Source of the DNA: Rhynchobatus australiae
Taxonomy: Eukaryota
DNA: 64,000 nucleotides
Assembly (NCBI GenBank): GCA_034780895.1
Contig: JAUZTB010000033.1
Location: 38,493,108-38,557,107 of the forward strand
Reading direction: 5' to 3'
Shown: in pieces, positions 13,790-26,171 of the stretch
How positions within the stretch are numbered: the first letter of the stretch is position 1
How the letters are laid out: every line of letters starts with the position of its first letter
The notes under the pieces: model-generated
Databases searched by the model: none
Told to the model about the DNA's origin: nothing
What the model saw: the letters and a program-made list of their open reading frames with translations, nothing else
Translations under genes and position numbers: made by a program

Positions 13790-14265
13790 GAGGAAGTAAG
13801 TGGAGAGGTAGGCTATTTGACTGTCAGTGTCTCTCCACCATTCAGGGGCATCATGGTTGAATTTCTATTATTTTGCTACCCTTAATATCCTTTGATTTCT
13901 GCCCAGAGACAATTGACCTCAGTTTGAATATACTAATCGACCATAAATCCTCAGTCTGCTGGAGTGCAGAGTTTCAAAGAATGAAAATGGTTTCTCCATG
14001 TTGTCCTAAATATTCAGTCCCCTAGCTGAGACTACGATAACTGTTTTTGGACCCCAAGTAGTGGAACGAGTCTTTCAGCCTTGTGAGAAATGTTTGAATG
14101 AAGTTGTCTCTTATTCCTCTAAAACCTGGAGAATGCAGGTCTATTCTTATTCTGAGGACATAACTGTTATCCCAGAAAACAACCCAGTGAACTTTCATGA
14201 TATCACCATCCAAGTTAACTGATGCAGCAGTGGAGTCAGAGCCAGGTCTAACGGAGGTCCACATC
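13790..14265 (-). mobile_element. Very degenerate CR1 3' fragment
   Basis: Residual similarity to other minus-strand CR1 ends in the window. Confidence 0.55.
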
Positions 14266-14402
14266 TTCTGAATTTAATGCTAATAGGATCTGTGAGGATA
14301 GAAAACTTGAAATTACATTAATGGACAATTGACTTCCAAGGGGAGACAACAGATTTCTCATTGCTTCCAGTATTCTCCTGTGCTCCCAGCACTGGTGGTG
14401 TA

Positions 14403-14850
14403 AAAAGGAAACTGTGCATTGCTATAGTGTCCTTATGAGCATTGGGTCACCCCAAACTTCTTTGCTAAAATGGAAATGCTTGGGTGTAATCACTGTGTTA
14501 GTGTGGAAAATGCCGCAGACATTTTGTGCACAGCATTCTCCCACAAACAATATGGTAATGGCCAATCATCTGTTCTTGTAATGTCAATGGAGGGTAAATA
14601 ATTGGCTAGGCACCAGGGATAATTGTCCTGTTCCTTAAGAAATGGTACAATGGGATCATTTAACCAAGAGAATAGGGTCTCAGATTAACATCTCGTTTGG
14701 GAGATGCTTCTTCAACAGTGCAGCTATTTTGCAGAATTTCAGTGGAGTGGCAGCTTACACATTTGTGGTCAAGATTCAGAAATGAGACAAACCTACCATC
14801 CTTCCAATTCTGAGGCAAGAGAACAGTGGTGCCAAATTTGTCACTGACAA
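14403..14850 (-). mobile_element. Near full-length Deu-domain SINE
   Basis: ggagggtaaataattggctaggcaccaggg...atgggatc...aacagtgcagc is the reverse complement of the Deu core, with tail (ttgtgcacagca..tcccacaaac). Confidence 0.72.
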
Positions 14851-15384
14851 TTGGCAGCCTTTAAACTAGGATAGGAGGCACACACAGCTCCTGGTCATGT
14901 GGTGCTGTTGCCCCTATACTGAGGATTAGGTCCAATTGGAGGCCTGGTATCTGCAATTTCCTGAGTTGTAAGATCCTATTGCAGTCCCTGAAATGGGATC
15001 TGTACGGTCGACTTGCGTGGTTTTCAAAGTAGGGGTTGAGACCTGCCAGGTGAGTCACAGGATGTTTAAAAAGGGGCCACTCAAACTGATTAGGCTGGGG
15101 TCAGTGGTGTAGGGCTCAAGGGACAAAGGTAACAAGTAAGAAAGAGGCCCTGGGCCTATAGTGAGAGGACTGGAGAGAAGCCTGGGAAGCACAGGGTCTG
15201 CAGACCAGAGAACTACACATCCTACCTCCACCTTACTCTAAACCTGCCCGCCTAAGCGGCATGTAAATATCTGTTCTCTCTGATACTGCCTTTTGGAGTT
15301 TAACCAAAGTGGTTTGATATCATCTACATTAGATTCGTAGTTAACTGTTCATTATTATTGGGTCATGTTGATGAAAATGACTTG

Positions 15385-15418
15385 CCTGCAAAAAGGTTTG
15401 AAGACCAGTGGTCTAGTG
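15385..15418. mobile_element. Possible single hAT-Charlie terminal inverted repeat
   Basis: aaaaggtttgaagaccagtg followed by NTCTAGAN-like gtctagtg; partner end not found. Confidence 0.35.
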
Positions 15419-15748
15419 ACCTTTGGTAAAGTAAATTAGGCCTTGAGAACCTGCAGGACTGGCCAGTGCTGGTAGTCACAGATGGTCACATGGTCTGAAT
15501 CATATCTTGCTGGTTCATGACTCCCAGACAGGTTGGCATAACCTTACATGATAAGTGTCTTTCAGAAAAAGCCTGCTGGAGCTTGAAAGTGTGATTTATC
15601 TCTGCATTTTGTTGTCTCTTCCATATTAAGTATATCGGTAGTGATAAGACTCTCGAGGGCTATTTCATTTGGGGTTAGAAATAGGAAACTTAGATTTGCC
15701 ACACTCTTCATTTGTATTCGTTGACCACTGTGTCTTTTGGTTTGACAG

Positions 15749-15843
15749 AGAAGGCCAAAGTCCGACTTAACATGAATAACCTCACCAAACGGAGCATGAC
15801 AACTGACTCCATCCTCCCATCCACTACTGCAAGTAACAAGAGG
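15749..15843 (+). CDS. PPP1R12C: Exon: (E)KAKVRLNMNNLTKRSMTTDSILPSTTASNKR
   Basis: ttttggtttgacag|AG ... AGG|gtatgt; 95 nt, supplies the required phase 1 to 0 bridge. Confidence 0.88.
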
Positions 15844-16049
15844 GTATGTAACAAGCAAGGAGTAACTGATTGATGTTTGAGTTTGGAACCTGCAGTGCCA
15901 TCTCCTGATTTAGTTTTTTTAAACTTCCAGAGTGGAGCCAGGATCTGGTGGGATAGAAACTGGTTTGACTGACTCTCTCATTGAAGATATGGCATTTTTT
16001 TTCATTCTAGATCAAACAAAAGAAAATTCAGAATTGCTGGAAATGCTGA

Positions 16050-18860
16050 TTTGTTTCCCATGAAGAATGCTGCTTGCTTTCTATTGGAGGGTTGCAAGGT
16101 TTTTTGTTACAAGGTGTGCTGTACTGTGGTTGGTCAAGGGAGGTTGCCATGGCTGGATTGTGCAGTGTTTATCTTCTGAGAGCTGTTGCGTTTCATTTCA
16201 AGAAATACTGCATTGTTTGCTGTGATGCTGCACTTTGCTGTGGATTGACCCCTTCTGTTTTCTATTGTGTAGCTGCTGCAGATTTGCTGTTGCAAGAAAG
16301 GATGTTGCATTTTGCTGTTCAGTGATGTGTGGTTTGAACGGCAATTCTTGTTGCAGCTAATGCTGTTGGTTTGATGTTGCAAGGATTGATGCTATGCTTC
16401 CTACTGCAGTCAATGATGCATTGTTTTGTGTTGCTGGGTGTGGCATTTTGTAAGAAATGTGGTGCCATGTTTCATTCTGCAGGCCGTTGCAATGTTTTGA
16501 TGAATCATAGTATTGTTCAAATTGAAAGTGCATTCATAACCCTTCTGTGAGAGATGCCTCTTTGGCTAGGAGCGTCTTCAGAGCTGCCTCTGCTCTATCA
16601 CCGTAAAATTTGTTGTGGAAACTCTTGGCCATTGTTTTCTCCATGGTGCACTTGTTTTTTTTTCCGTCTCTTTGTGTGCCATTTTAAGAAGGCTGCTCTT
16701 TGAGGACTGCTGCGTAACTTTGTGGCATTGTTTGTTGTTGCAGTGTTTTCCCTAGCAACTGGTGTGAGGTAAAGTTATGGGTTTGCCTTAGATAGTCTTA
16801 AATTGCACGGCTCCTTGCCTGTGACGCTCATGAGTTTGCTGGGACTGCCCACTATCTAACTTTGCACCTCAGGGAGAAACAATAGGGGCCCCTTTCTAAT
16901 CTGACCTGGGGGTTGCATTTTTCACATCCTTTGCACTTCTCAGAATTTGTGGGTGGAACAGATGAACACTTTGGAGTAAGATCATTATAAAATCAAGAAG
17001 CTTGTTTATTTCACTTGGTACAGAATGGCACTTACAGACTTCCTTATCAGCCCCCAGCTGTGAAAACTAAGCTTGGCCTTCAGTGCTGGCAAGCACGTCC
17101 CACTTGCAGCCTTAGTTGAAATGGACAAGTTAAGTGCCTTGCTCTTTTTATTACAGGAGAGCTCCGGAAAATAAGCTTGACCCTTACTTTATATATGGAG
17201 GTCATGGTTTACAGACCTGGCCAATCTCAAGTCTCTAAACAGCAGGTTCTCGCTGGGTCCCTTTTCCATTTCATCCCTGCTGAACTCAGATCTGTAATGA
17301 TCGTAGCAATGATAGGTCCAAATGGTGACTTGGAGTTTTGAGAGAAAATAACGAGGCCACCAGCTTCATTGTCCCTGATAGTACTGAAGGGTAACAACAT
17401 TAGTTTTGGTCAACTACCTTAAATGCAAGGCGGATGATTTTTGATTTTAATGTAAATGAAGTTACTTCAATATAACTTTCTCCTCTGAGTAAAAATGATC
17501 AAAAGTGAAGCCTGGAATGGTATAAATGTGACCCATTATCATTATTATTGCATTCTGTCCTATTCTAAGGGATACAGTGCTTCATTCTTCTGCATTGTTG
17601 CTGCTATATTACTTAAGTATTTCCTGCTCTGAATATTGCAGAGTTCTCCTACCATGCTNNNNNNNNNNNTCCCTTTTTGGAATGCTGCATTATTTACTCT
17701 TAAGGTGAGCATCAATTTATCTCTTCTATGTGTGAGTTTTCTCATTGCAAGAAATGCTACAGCATTCTCGTTGGCTGCACTGTTAATGCTGCATTACTGC
17801 TTCTGGTGAGATAAGCTGATTTTTTTAAAGACTTCTGCAGGGATGTTGCATTGTTTCCTGCTGTGAAGTTTGCTGTGTTAGGTGTTGTAAGGGTTGCTCC
17901 ATTATTTTGTTAAAGGTGGTGTTTTAATTTTCAGGTTTATGCATTGTTTTGTGTATAAGAAAAGGGCAAAATTGCCTTTTCCAATGGAGATTGCAATACT
18001 TCCTTTTCTGAGGAATGCCACTGTTGGTGCTTGTGTTTGAAATGTCTCATTCAGATGGCTATGCAGTGAAATCTTCAGGATTTTTTTTCATGTGGGGTCC
18101 AGTGATAATTGCTGCATTGCTTTTTGTAGAGTGCTGCACTCCAGTGAAGATTGCTCTGTCACTTTTGAAGATTGTGATTTTTGTTTTATTCTGAAGAATG
18201 TTAATTTGTTGTCAGCTGTGAAGGATGCCATGCTAGTGAGCAATACTGTGATATTTCCAGGATAGGTAACATGTGACATGAGCTTTGATTTATGTTATGA
18301 AGAATGCTGTGCCATTTGGCTGAAGAGTTTTGGATCATTTCTGATCAAAGATACCACATTGATTATAGTGCTTTGTTGTTTCTGGTTGTTGTAAAGAGCG
18401 CTGCCATATTTCCATTGAAGAGTGCTGAGTTTTGTGGAGATTTTTGTTTTGTTTCCAGTGAAGAATACTGAATTTCACCTTCCGAAGATTTTGTCTTCCA
18501 CTGGATTGTGTGAAAAGTGTCCCATCGAACCTTATGAAGAGCACTGCATAGCTTCTTATGAAAAGAGCAGTGTTCTTTCCAATGAAGGATGCCACATTGA
18601 TTTTTATGAAGAATTCTGTATTGTTTCTTGTGAGGAGTGGTGTTGTCTACAGTTATGAGTCTTGTGTTGTTTCTGGTGAAGAAAATTGCAAAGGTTATTC
18701 TGAAGGTTATTATATCTCGATGTGAAGAATGCTGCTTAGTTCTTACAATGAGAACTGCCATATTATTTGTGAATAGTGTTCTGTTGATTCATGATTTGAA
18801 GAATGCTGTGTTGGATCTCAAAAGAATGCAGCTCATTTTCTTGTGAGGAGAGCTGCTTTA
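16050..18860. repeat. Degenerate 24-bp minisatellite, consensus about TGTGAAGAATGCTGCATTGTTTCT (blocks about 16050-16780 and 17740-18860)
   Basis: Six consecutive units in exact 24-nt register at 18509-18652; many scattered gaagaatgctg words. Confidence 0.75.
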
Positions 18861-18892
18861 TGCAAATAATTTTTAATTAGTTTGTGCCAGTG

Positions 18893-19023
18893 AGAGTCAC
18901 AGAGTTGTACAGCATGGAAACAGGCCCTTTGGCCCAACTGGTCCATACCGACCAAGATGCTCGTCTGAGCTAGTCCCCATTTTTCAGCACTTGGCCCATA
19001 ACCCTCCAAGCATTTCCTATCCA
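18893..19023 (-). mobile_element. CR1 3' terminal fragment
   Basis: tacagcatggaaacaggccctttggcccaac... is the reverse complement of a CR1 3' UTR. Confidence 0.8.
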
Positions 19024-20431
19024 GGAGATGTTTTTTAAATTGGGAATGAGCCAATCCCAGTCCCATTCTGCACAGAATTTAAAATGTAGCTCTGCAGGTA
19101 TTCAAGTAATATTATAATCTCCAGACTTGGGTATCCTTTTGTATTTAGTATCTATGTGCTGACTTCCCAGGACTTGGAAAACCTGGTGCCACAGGTAACT
19201 GGGAAGTCTGATTCAACAAGAAAAGGAATTTCCAGCATTTAAAGTGGACTGAGTAGACAGTGAGAATTTCCTCGGTCCCCTCCAAATGTTCCTCTGAAAC
19301 AAACTGAAGCTCTCCTCCATCACCACAATCCCCACTTCTGCTGCCCCACCACTGCTGATAAGCAAACCCCCTCCCACCGCCACCGTAACATTCACCTCTG
19401 CCCTTGCCCAACCACACTGTGATGTGCAAATCCCCACCCTGTACCCTGATTTTCTGCTTGGTACTCTGAGCTCTCCCTCCAACCTGTGACCATTACCAAT
19501 ATATGGGAGTAAGCCAGTGATGCAGCAGTGTACTACTGATTTTCTAACCTCACAGTTGGCCAGTCCTTTGGTCAGGCTGAATGCTGTTCAGGAAATGGAG
19601 CAAAATCTAATTAATTTGGACCTTTATATCCAGAAGGAACTCTACACTGGTGGCTTTCCTAGGTTCAACCTCAATCCTCAAACATCCTTGCCCCCACCTC
19701 TCCATATGTATCAGGGTCCACCATTCTATGGGCAGGAGGATTGTTGTCATGATGCCACACTGTGAAGCTCCATCTATTAATGAATCGATCATAACCATAT
19801 TTTAAAAAAAACTATCAGTAGAACAGAACGTCCCTCTAATTAGGTTAATACTTTCTTTATGATCTATACATTTCTGGCAGGTACCACAGTTCAACCATGA
19901 TATTATTTGACTTCCCTCTAACAAGCAATAAATGTTCTGAGAACACTCTTTGAGTACTAGAATTTTACGTCCTGTTGTATGACAGTAGTTCCTCCCTGGT
20001 GATGAATGCTGTGGTCTAGGTTGGCTGGAGAATAAGGATTGATGTTTTGAGAGTATCCCTTTTTGCCAGTGTCCACGAATGATGGTCCAGGTAGAAATGG
20101 GAGCATACTTAATGTTTCCTGTAATTAAGATTTGATTGAAATTATTTTTTACCTTTTCAGGAGAGTCAAAGCTTCACTGAACATTATCCCAGCAGTATTA
20201 ACTCCCTGTTTTATTTAGGCATTGACTGATGAATGCTACCGTGATATGTAGGTTTAATTTATTGATGGCATGTTCTATTGTGGATTGAATTGTTCATTTA
20301 TATGACGGCCATGCAGAATGAGGATGTCTTTCCTTTATGCCCTTTCTTGCCTCCCATTCTTTCTCTTCCATTCTCACCTGTACCTCATCTGACTCTCTCT
20401 TTTTCTCCTCTTGCTCTTCCTCTGACTACAG

Positions 20432-20548
20432 TTTGACTTCTTTACTCCTTTCCTACCTTTTTGTCAGCCAAGTGACCCAAAGTCATGGAGACAGGGCCTA
20501 CGCAAAACCGGCATTGTCTTGGTCCCCCAAAGAGGTCAAAAGGCAGCG
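20432..20548 (+). CDS. PPP1R12C: Probable alternative cassette exon: FDFFTPFLPFCQPSDPKSWRQGLRKTGIVLVPQRGQKAA (second in-frame acceptor at 20468)
   Basis: About 100-nt pyrimidine tract, ctgactacag|TTT ... GCG|gtgagc; 117 nt, symmetric phase 0; SWRQGLRKTG resembles AWRTALRKTG of the next exon. Confidence 0.8.
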
Positions 20549-21479
20549 GTGAGCTTCTTGCATGTTGAGGTTTCCATTCTCGTTGAAGCTTTTGGTGNNN
20601 NNNNNNNNNNNNNNNNNNNNNNNNNNNNNNNNNNNNNNNNNNNNNNNNNNNNNNNNNNNNNNNNNNNNNNNNNNNNNNNNNNNNNNNNNNNNNNNNNGTG
20701 CTGCATGAGCACGTGGTTTGCCTTGCATTCATCCGCCTTGGTCTTCCTCTCTATTTCAACCTTTCGAGTTTTGGACAAGCAATTTCAGAGACACAAATGA
20801 AAAATTACTCTAAGCAATAGAAAGCCCAGCGATCTAGAACACAGTCTATTCATGTTGGACATTCTCATTGATACTCTGCCATCTTTACTGCTTAAAATTG
20901 ACCAGAAAATTACTTTTTAAGACAGTTTCTAAGGGGGTGGTTGAGGATGGATAAGTATGTATTAGGTTTCCCTTCCATCTCACTTATGTCCTTTCATATA
21001 AACGTCATTGCATTGTTGAAAGGAGAGAGGTTGTGACCTCACTGAAAACAAGTATTGATGGCATTGTATACTAGAGGTGGAAAAGAGGTTAATGTCACAC
21101 TGCCTTTTTAAATTAGATTGAAATGTTTTTGAGGATACTGAAGAGTACCATTTTATACTGGAACTTAGAAGTGTTCAAGAGAATAAGAGACCATTGCACT
21201 CCAACTGGCTGGTCCCAGGATTCTGAAAGTTTGCATGTACATTTTTATTCCTTGTGCTCCCAGTTCACTCTATCTGTTAGATATTGGTGCCACCCCAACC
21301 CAATTTCACTAATTCTCTGCTCTGTAGGTTCACCTGCTGTTCTGTAAAGTTAAATCTAAAACTGCTGATCTTCTCTATTCTAAAAATGAGCTTCTCTCAC
21401 TTTCTTGCAGAATTAGTGATTGCTATAGATGTCATGAGGTTTCAATTTGTCCAATTGCCTTACAATCTCTTCTGAGCAA

Positions 21480-22030
21480 CTGCATGCTACATTCTTTTCC
21501 AGTGGAGATATTTTCAGGTTCTATAACTGAATGACAAATACAAAATATCAACCAACAATGTTGAAGATGCCCCTTCTGAAATGTGATGATCTGAATTGTA
21601 CTTTAAATTCCAATTGAGGTTAGTCTAGCACTTTGCAAGGTCATCATTAAGTCCTGAGATCTTTCCTCTCTTTATTGCTAGTTTGATAGTTTTGACATTA
21701 CTCACCAGAACTGGGCACCATTCTGCTCCCCACTCCCCCACCTCCTTTGTCCTGTCCTATTGTGCGTCATGTGCCCACACTGTTTATCCTTCAGATTTCT
21801 TGTTATTTTGCACTTAGCCACCCTAGACATCTGCCACTACTTGGCCCAACTTCACAAATTATGCATATCTCTTTCCTTGGTCTTTTATTTATGGCTATTC
21901 TTCAAGAGATTTGTTATTATCAGAAAGCTTATGCAATGTTGGTTTTATTCCAAGTTTCAAATCCTTTATGAACATTGTGAACAGCAGTGACCCAAATGCA
22001 TATCTCTCAGGCACATCACTAATAACCCTT
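21480..22030 (-). mobile_element. Very degenerate CR1 RT fragment
   Basis: Residual RT-region words in reverse orientation; boundaries approximate. Confidence 0.45.
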
Positions 22031-22319
22031 CAGTAGAAATAATCCAGAAACGATGAAAATTACTAATATTCAGACACATCCAAGACCAGCATGGAACCTG
22101 TGCTTAACTGCAAGCAACTGCAGGAAACATTTAAACTTCATTTGAATAGGGATTTTTTGCACTATTTGCCTACATCTGATTGCCTATAGTTAAAATACAC
22201 AGCATTGGTACCTTGATTGTTCATTCTTTTTCATCCCCTGACCAATTGTTTTCCCTTTCGGCCCCTAAGTAGTGCATACTTTCCCTCTGTCTGCTTTTAT
22301 TCAAGGTTTCCACTTGGTC

Positions 22320-22525
22320 TCTGATTGGCACATGATTCACTCGGTCTCATGATTGGTATTTGTTCTCTCTCAGTCCTTAATTGGTGTGAGTTCCTTCTTA
22401 CTCTCTGGTGCATATTCTCTCTCTATTTTTGATTGGCACACATTCCTTCTCTGCTTCCTGCTTGGTGTATGTTCCTTTTCTGCCACTGACTGGTGTTTGT
22501 TCCCTCTCTCCAATGGTTTGTGTTC
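22320..22525. repeat. Degenerate 25-29 bp minisatellite with GATTGG core (about 8 units)
   Basis: Units gattggcacatg.., gattggtatttgttc.., aattggtgtgagttcc.., gattggcacacattcc.., gcttggtgtatgttcc.., gactggtgtttgttcc.. Confidence 0.75.
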
Positions 22526-23039
22526 AACTTTGAAGCTCCAGTTACTGTACATTTACTCCAAGTCCTCAGGTTGCCGGTCAAACAATTACAGTCAAACATT
22601 TGCAGATATTTGCGTGACCTTCCCCTTGGGCTTAGCCAGTTCTGAATGTGGGGTAGCTGTAATAACTGTAAGAGAGGAGGTTAAATACACGAGGACCCTG
22701 AAGAACAAATGCTAATTACTGGGGCAGGACTTCTCCTGGCAGCCATTTGGAGCAAAATTATGGAGGCCTTCTGAATGATCAATCTTTTGACTTCACTGGA
22801 ACCATTAAAAGATGTTTCTGTCATATTTCATGACATTGTCAGCACAGTTTGACCAGAGGGAAACTTCCCCCATCCATTTAATGCTTTACTTTATGGTTGA
22901 GAATTTATTTTTGTTTGGGGGTTAGCTGCAGCCTGCTGGAGGATTTTACTACTTTTTCAGGTTGATTTCTTGAGATTGCTATAAGTTTGCTGTTTCCTCA
23001 AAATGGACAAGCTGGCAGAGAACAGCAATCGAGAACCAA

Positions 23040-23240
23040 AAAACTGTAGATGTTGGAAATCTGAGGGAAAAAAAAACAGAAGATGCTGGAAATATTCAGC
23101 AGGTCAGATCACAGCAGAGTCAGGTTTCATGTTGATGACTGTTCTGATAAAAGGCCATCAACCTGAAACATTACCTCCGTTTTTCTCTCCACAAATGTTG
23201 CCTGACCTGCTGAGATATTTTTCCAGAAACTTCTGCTTTT
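23040..23240. mobile_element. Penelope-derived fold-back (inverted pair of terminal repeats)
   Basis: cagaagatgctggaaatattcagcaggtcag ... ctgacctgctgagatatttttccagaaacttctg are inverted copies. Confidence 0.7.
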
Positions 23241-23629
23241 ATGATAGAGGATATTTTAGATTGCTCCCACCTTTGTTGTCAAGAAGGAGGGAGGTAAGCT
23301 TCTCTGCCAGNNNNNNNNNNNNNNNNNNNNNNNNNNNNNNNNNNNNNNNNNNNNNNNNNNNNNNNNNNNNNNNNNNNNNNNNNNNNNNNNNNNNNNNNNN
23401 NNNNNNNNNNGCCAGCAGCTTCCCTTTTTGTTTGGTTATGCTACTAGTTAATCTAGCTGCATGTTTTTTCTGTAGGCTGCGAGATAGCTTAGTTTATGAG
23501 ATGGTGCCAGGAAATAGCACAAGAGATGAGGGCTCTCACACTTGACCTTAACCAACAGGTAAGAAGAGCTTGTTGCTTGTATGGACCAGAGTAATCTGAT
23601 CTTGACACCAAGATACAGAAGGCTTTTCG

Positions 23630-25756
23630 TGTAAGGGAAGTGGCACTTGTAGGGAACAGTACAGCAAGGGTATAGCAGTAGTATATTCTGTGTAATTATA
23701 CAGTACTATATATAAAGAGTACAGCGACAGTCTATTCTGTTCTCTGCAATTTGCAGCAAAGAGTACTAGAGGTTATATTTGCCCAGTGCCAGGTAAAGGA
23801 TATCTTCTTGTGGTTTGAAGTGGAAGAGAGAAGTTCTACATAGGATCAGACAACACATATAAAACTAGAAAGAAGATTATGTGGAGAAACCACGAGGATC
23901 TAAGGTTTAAATGCCAGTCTAGAATCTCACAAGTAACTGGCTTAAAAGCTATGATGTTTCATCATTCTAGCACAAAAAAAATGGAGAAAAATAACCAACC
24001 CTTCCATTGGATTAAAAGTATTGTATAGTGTTGTCAAAAAGAACAAGCTTGAAGATTGGGAGGGCTTTTCTGAATCAGCAGAGATTGACCAAAAACCGAT
24101 TGAGGAGAAAGGTAGATTGAAGGAACACTAATAGTAAACTTAAGAGTGTAAGGCCTTTAGCCAAAATGTGAAAATTGGGGAAATAAAACCATACTTAGGT
24201 CCCTTAGAGCTTAGGAGAGGAGAAATTGAAAACATGTTTTATATCTAACTTCACAGTGTTACCAAATAACATATCAAAATAGTATGGAACTTAGAGACTG
24301 ATGGGAATGCAGAACTTAATGTAATTTAATAATTCGTAAAGCAAAAGTACTGAATAAATTGATGGGATTAAAGCTGATAGATTTAAATCTCCCAATGACA
24401 CAACCCATGGATTGTAAAAGAGGTTGCTGCACAGACAGCAGCTATCATGGTAGCAGTCTTCTCATACTCCCAAAGGTTATGACCGCCCTACTGGAATGTA
24501 CAAATGTAACACAGCTATTCAGGGAAGGAGGGCGAGGAAAAGTGTGGAATTATAGATTGTTTAGCCAAGCAGCAGTTGTCAGAAGGTACTGGGATTCATC
24601 ATTAGGGAAATGGTAACAGGGGACTTAGAATGTATATAAACGTGATTAAGCAGAGTCTGCATGGTTTTATAAAATAAGGAAACTATGTTTTAAAACAAAA
24701 TAACTAGATTATCAGATAAAGTAATGGGCGGATGTAAATAGAGATGTTCAAAAACTGTTCTTTAAAGTATCATGCAAAAGGTTATTTAAACAAAATAGGC
24801 TGATGGTTTGGGGCAATAACTTAGCACGGATGAGGCATTGGTTAAATCAGAACATGAATAAATTAGTCATTTAAAGGCTGTAACAAAAAGAATACAAAGA
24901 GGTGTGGACCCAACTATTTAAAGTCTATGTTGATGATTTTGTTGAAAGACCAATGTGTTATGTATCCAAGTCTGCTGATACCAGTTTAGATGACAAAGTC
25001 AACGGTGGCAAAAATATAAACAATTTGTAAAGAGAAAGATTAACTGTGGATGAGAAAATGGCAGTTATGGGGAAATGTGAGGTTATTCACCTGATTAGGA
25101 AAAATTGGAAAATATTTTTAAATGGTCACTAGAAAATGTTGATGTTTAGATAGATTTGGATGTTGTTGTATGCAAAACACAGGCCGTTAACATTGAAGTA
25201 CAGCAAATAGTGCAAATGTTTTATCAGCTTTTATTGCAAGGATATTGTTGTACAAGATTAAGAAATCTTGCTATAATTATACAAGAGTTTGCGGGAATTG
25301 TGTGCAGTTTTGCTATCTCCATTTAAGGAAGATTCTACTTGTCTTAGAGACAGAGCAAAGGTTCACTGGATCGACTCCTAGATTAAAATGTTAATTCACT
25401 GTGATGGTTGGGATGGACATGTACTCTTTGGAGTTTAGACAAATGAGTTGTGTTGATTGAAACTTAGCATTCATCCTGATTCAAGTCACTTATGAATTAT
25501 GTGATTGTCCCTCTGGCTGGAGACTATTGAATTGGGGCTAATGGTCTCACAGAAGAGGTAGGTCAAATTGTGTCCTTTTCCATGTATTCAATGTGGAAAT
25601 CGATAGATTCTTGGATTTTTAAGGGATTCTTGGAATTCGGGAATGGAGCAGGTAAGTGGAGTTGAAGTCGAGGACATGCCATGATTTGACTAAAAGATGA
25701 AGCAGGATCAAGGGCCAATTAGACCTAATCTTATTTATTTTATTATGTTCTTATGC
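23630..25756 (+). mobile_element. Long, old, internally deleted CR1 LINE
   Basis: Decayed CLPGARVKDI-like (23780), GNYRP-like (24545), QHGF (24658), KFADD-like (24968) and GKCEVIH segments, ending in a ttatgttcttatg tail. Confidence 0.8.
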
Positions 25757-25958
25757 TATTATTAGAGCAAGCTCAGTCTCTCCACCACCTTTGATGTCAA
25801 TGGAAGGTAAGCCCCCTAACTCTGCTGGCTTTTTTATTTTACTGCTATGCTTAAGCAGGTTCTTTTCTTTTCCATTGATCACACCTTCAGCTTGAGGCAT
25901 TTCAGTTCTGGGTGAATGAGTCCCATCATTTGGTAAAGTGTCTCCTTTGTTCACCCAG

Positions 25959-26171
25959 TTTTCAGGCCCTCCTGCCAAAGCGGCAACCCATGAAGAAGAG
26001 AAGAAAGAACAGCAGTCTCCAGCTGCATGGCGAACTGCCCTTCGCAAAACAGGGAGCTATGGAACCCTCAACAACTTGCAAACACCGCAGGAGGAGCAGA
26101 AAGGGAAAGAGGTGGGAATTGTCCGGTCAGCATCGAGCCCCAAGCTGACTCTGGCTGAATCCAAGGAGAAG
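25959..26171 (+). CDS. PPP1R12C: Exon: FSGPPAKAATHEEEKKEQQSPAAWRTALRKTGSYGTL...IVRSASSPKLTLAESKEK
   Basis: ttcacccag|TTT ... AAG|gtttgt; 213 nt, phase 0 to 0; motifs equivalent to MYPT1 S445 (LRKTGSYG) and S472/S473 (RSASSP). Confidence 0.96.

Noticed and set aside
18422-18658. Cys-rich octapeptide ORF resembling a keratin-associated or metallothionein-like protein
   Set aside because: By-product of the 24-bp satellite; no ATG start, no splice context, stops in adjacent units.
16050-22525. CRISPR-like reading of the repeated units
   Set aside because: Units are degenerate tandem repeats without unique spacers; eukaryotic intron; no cas genes.
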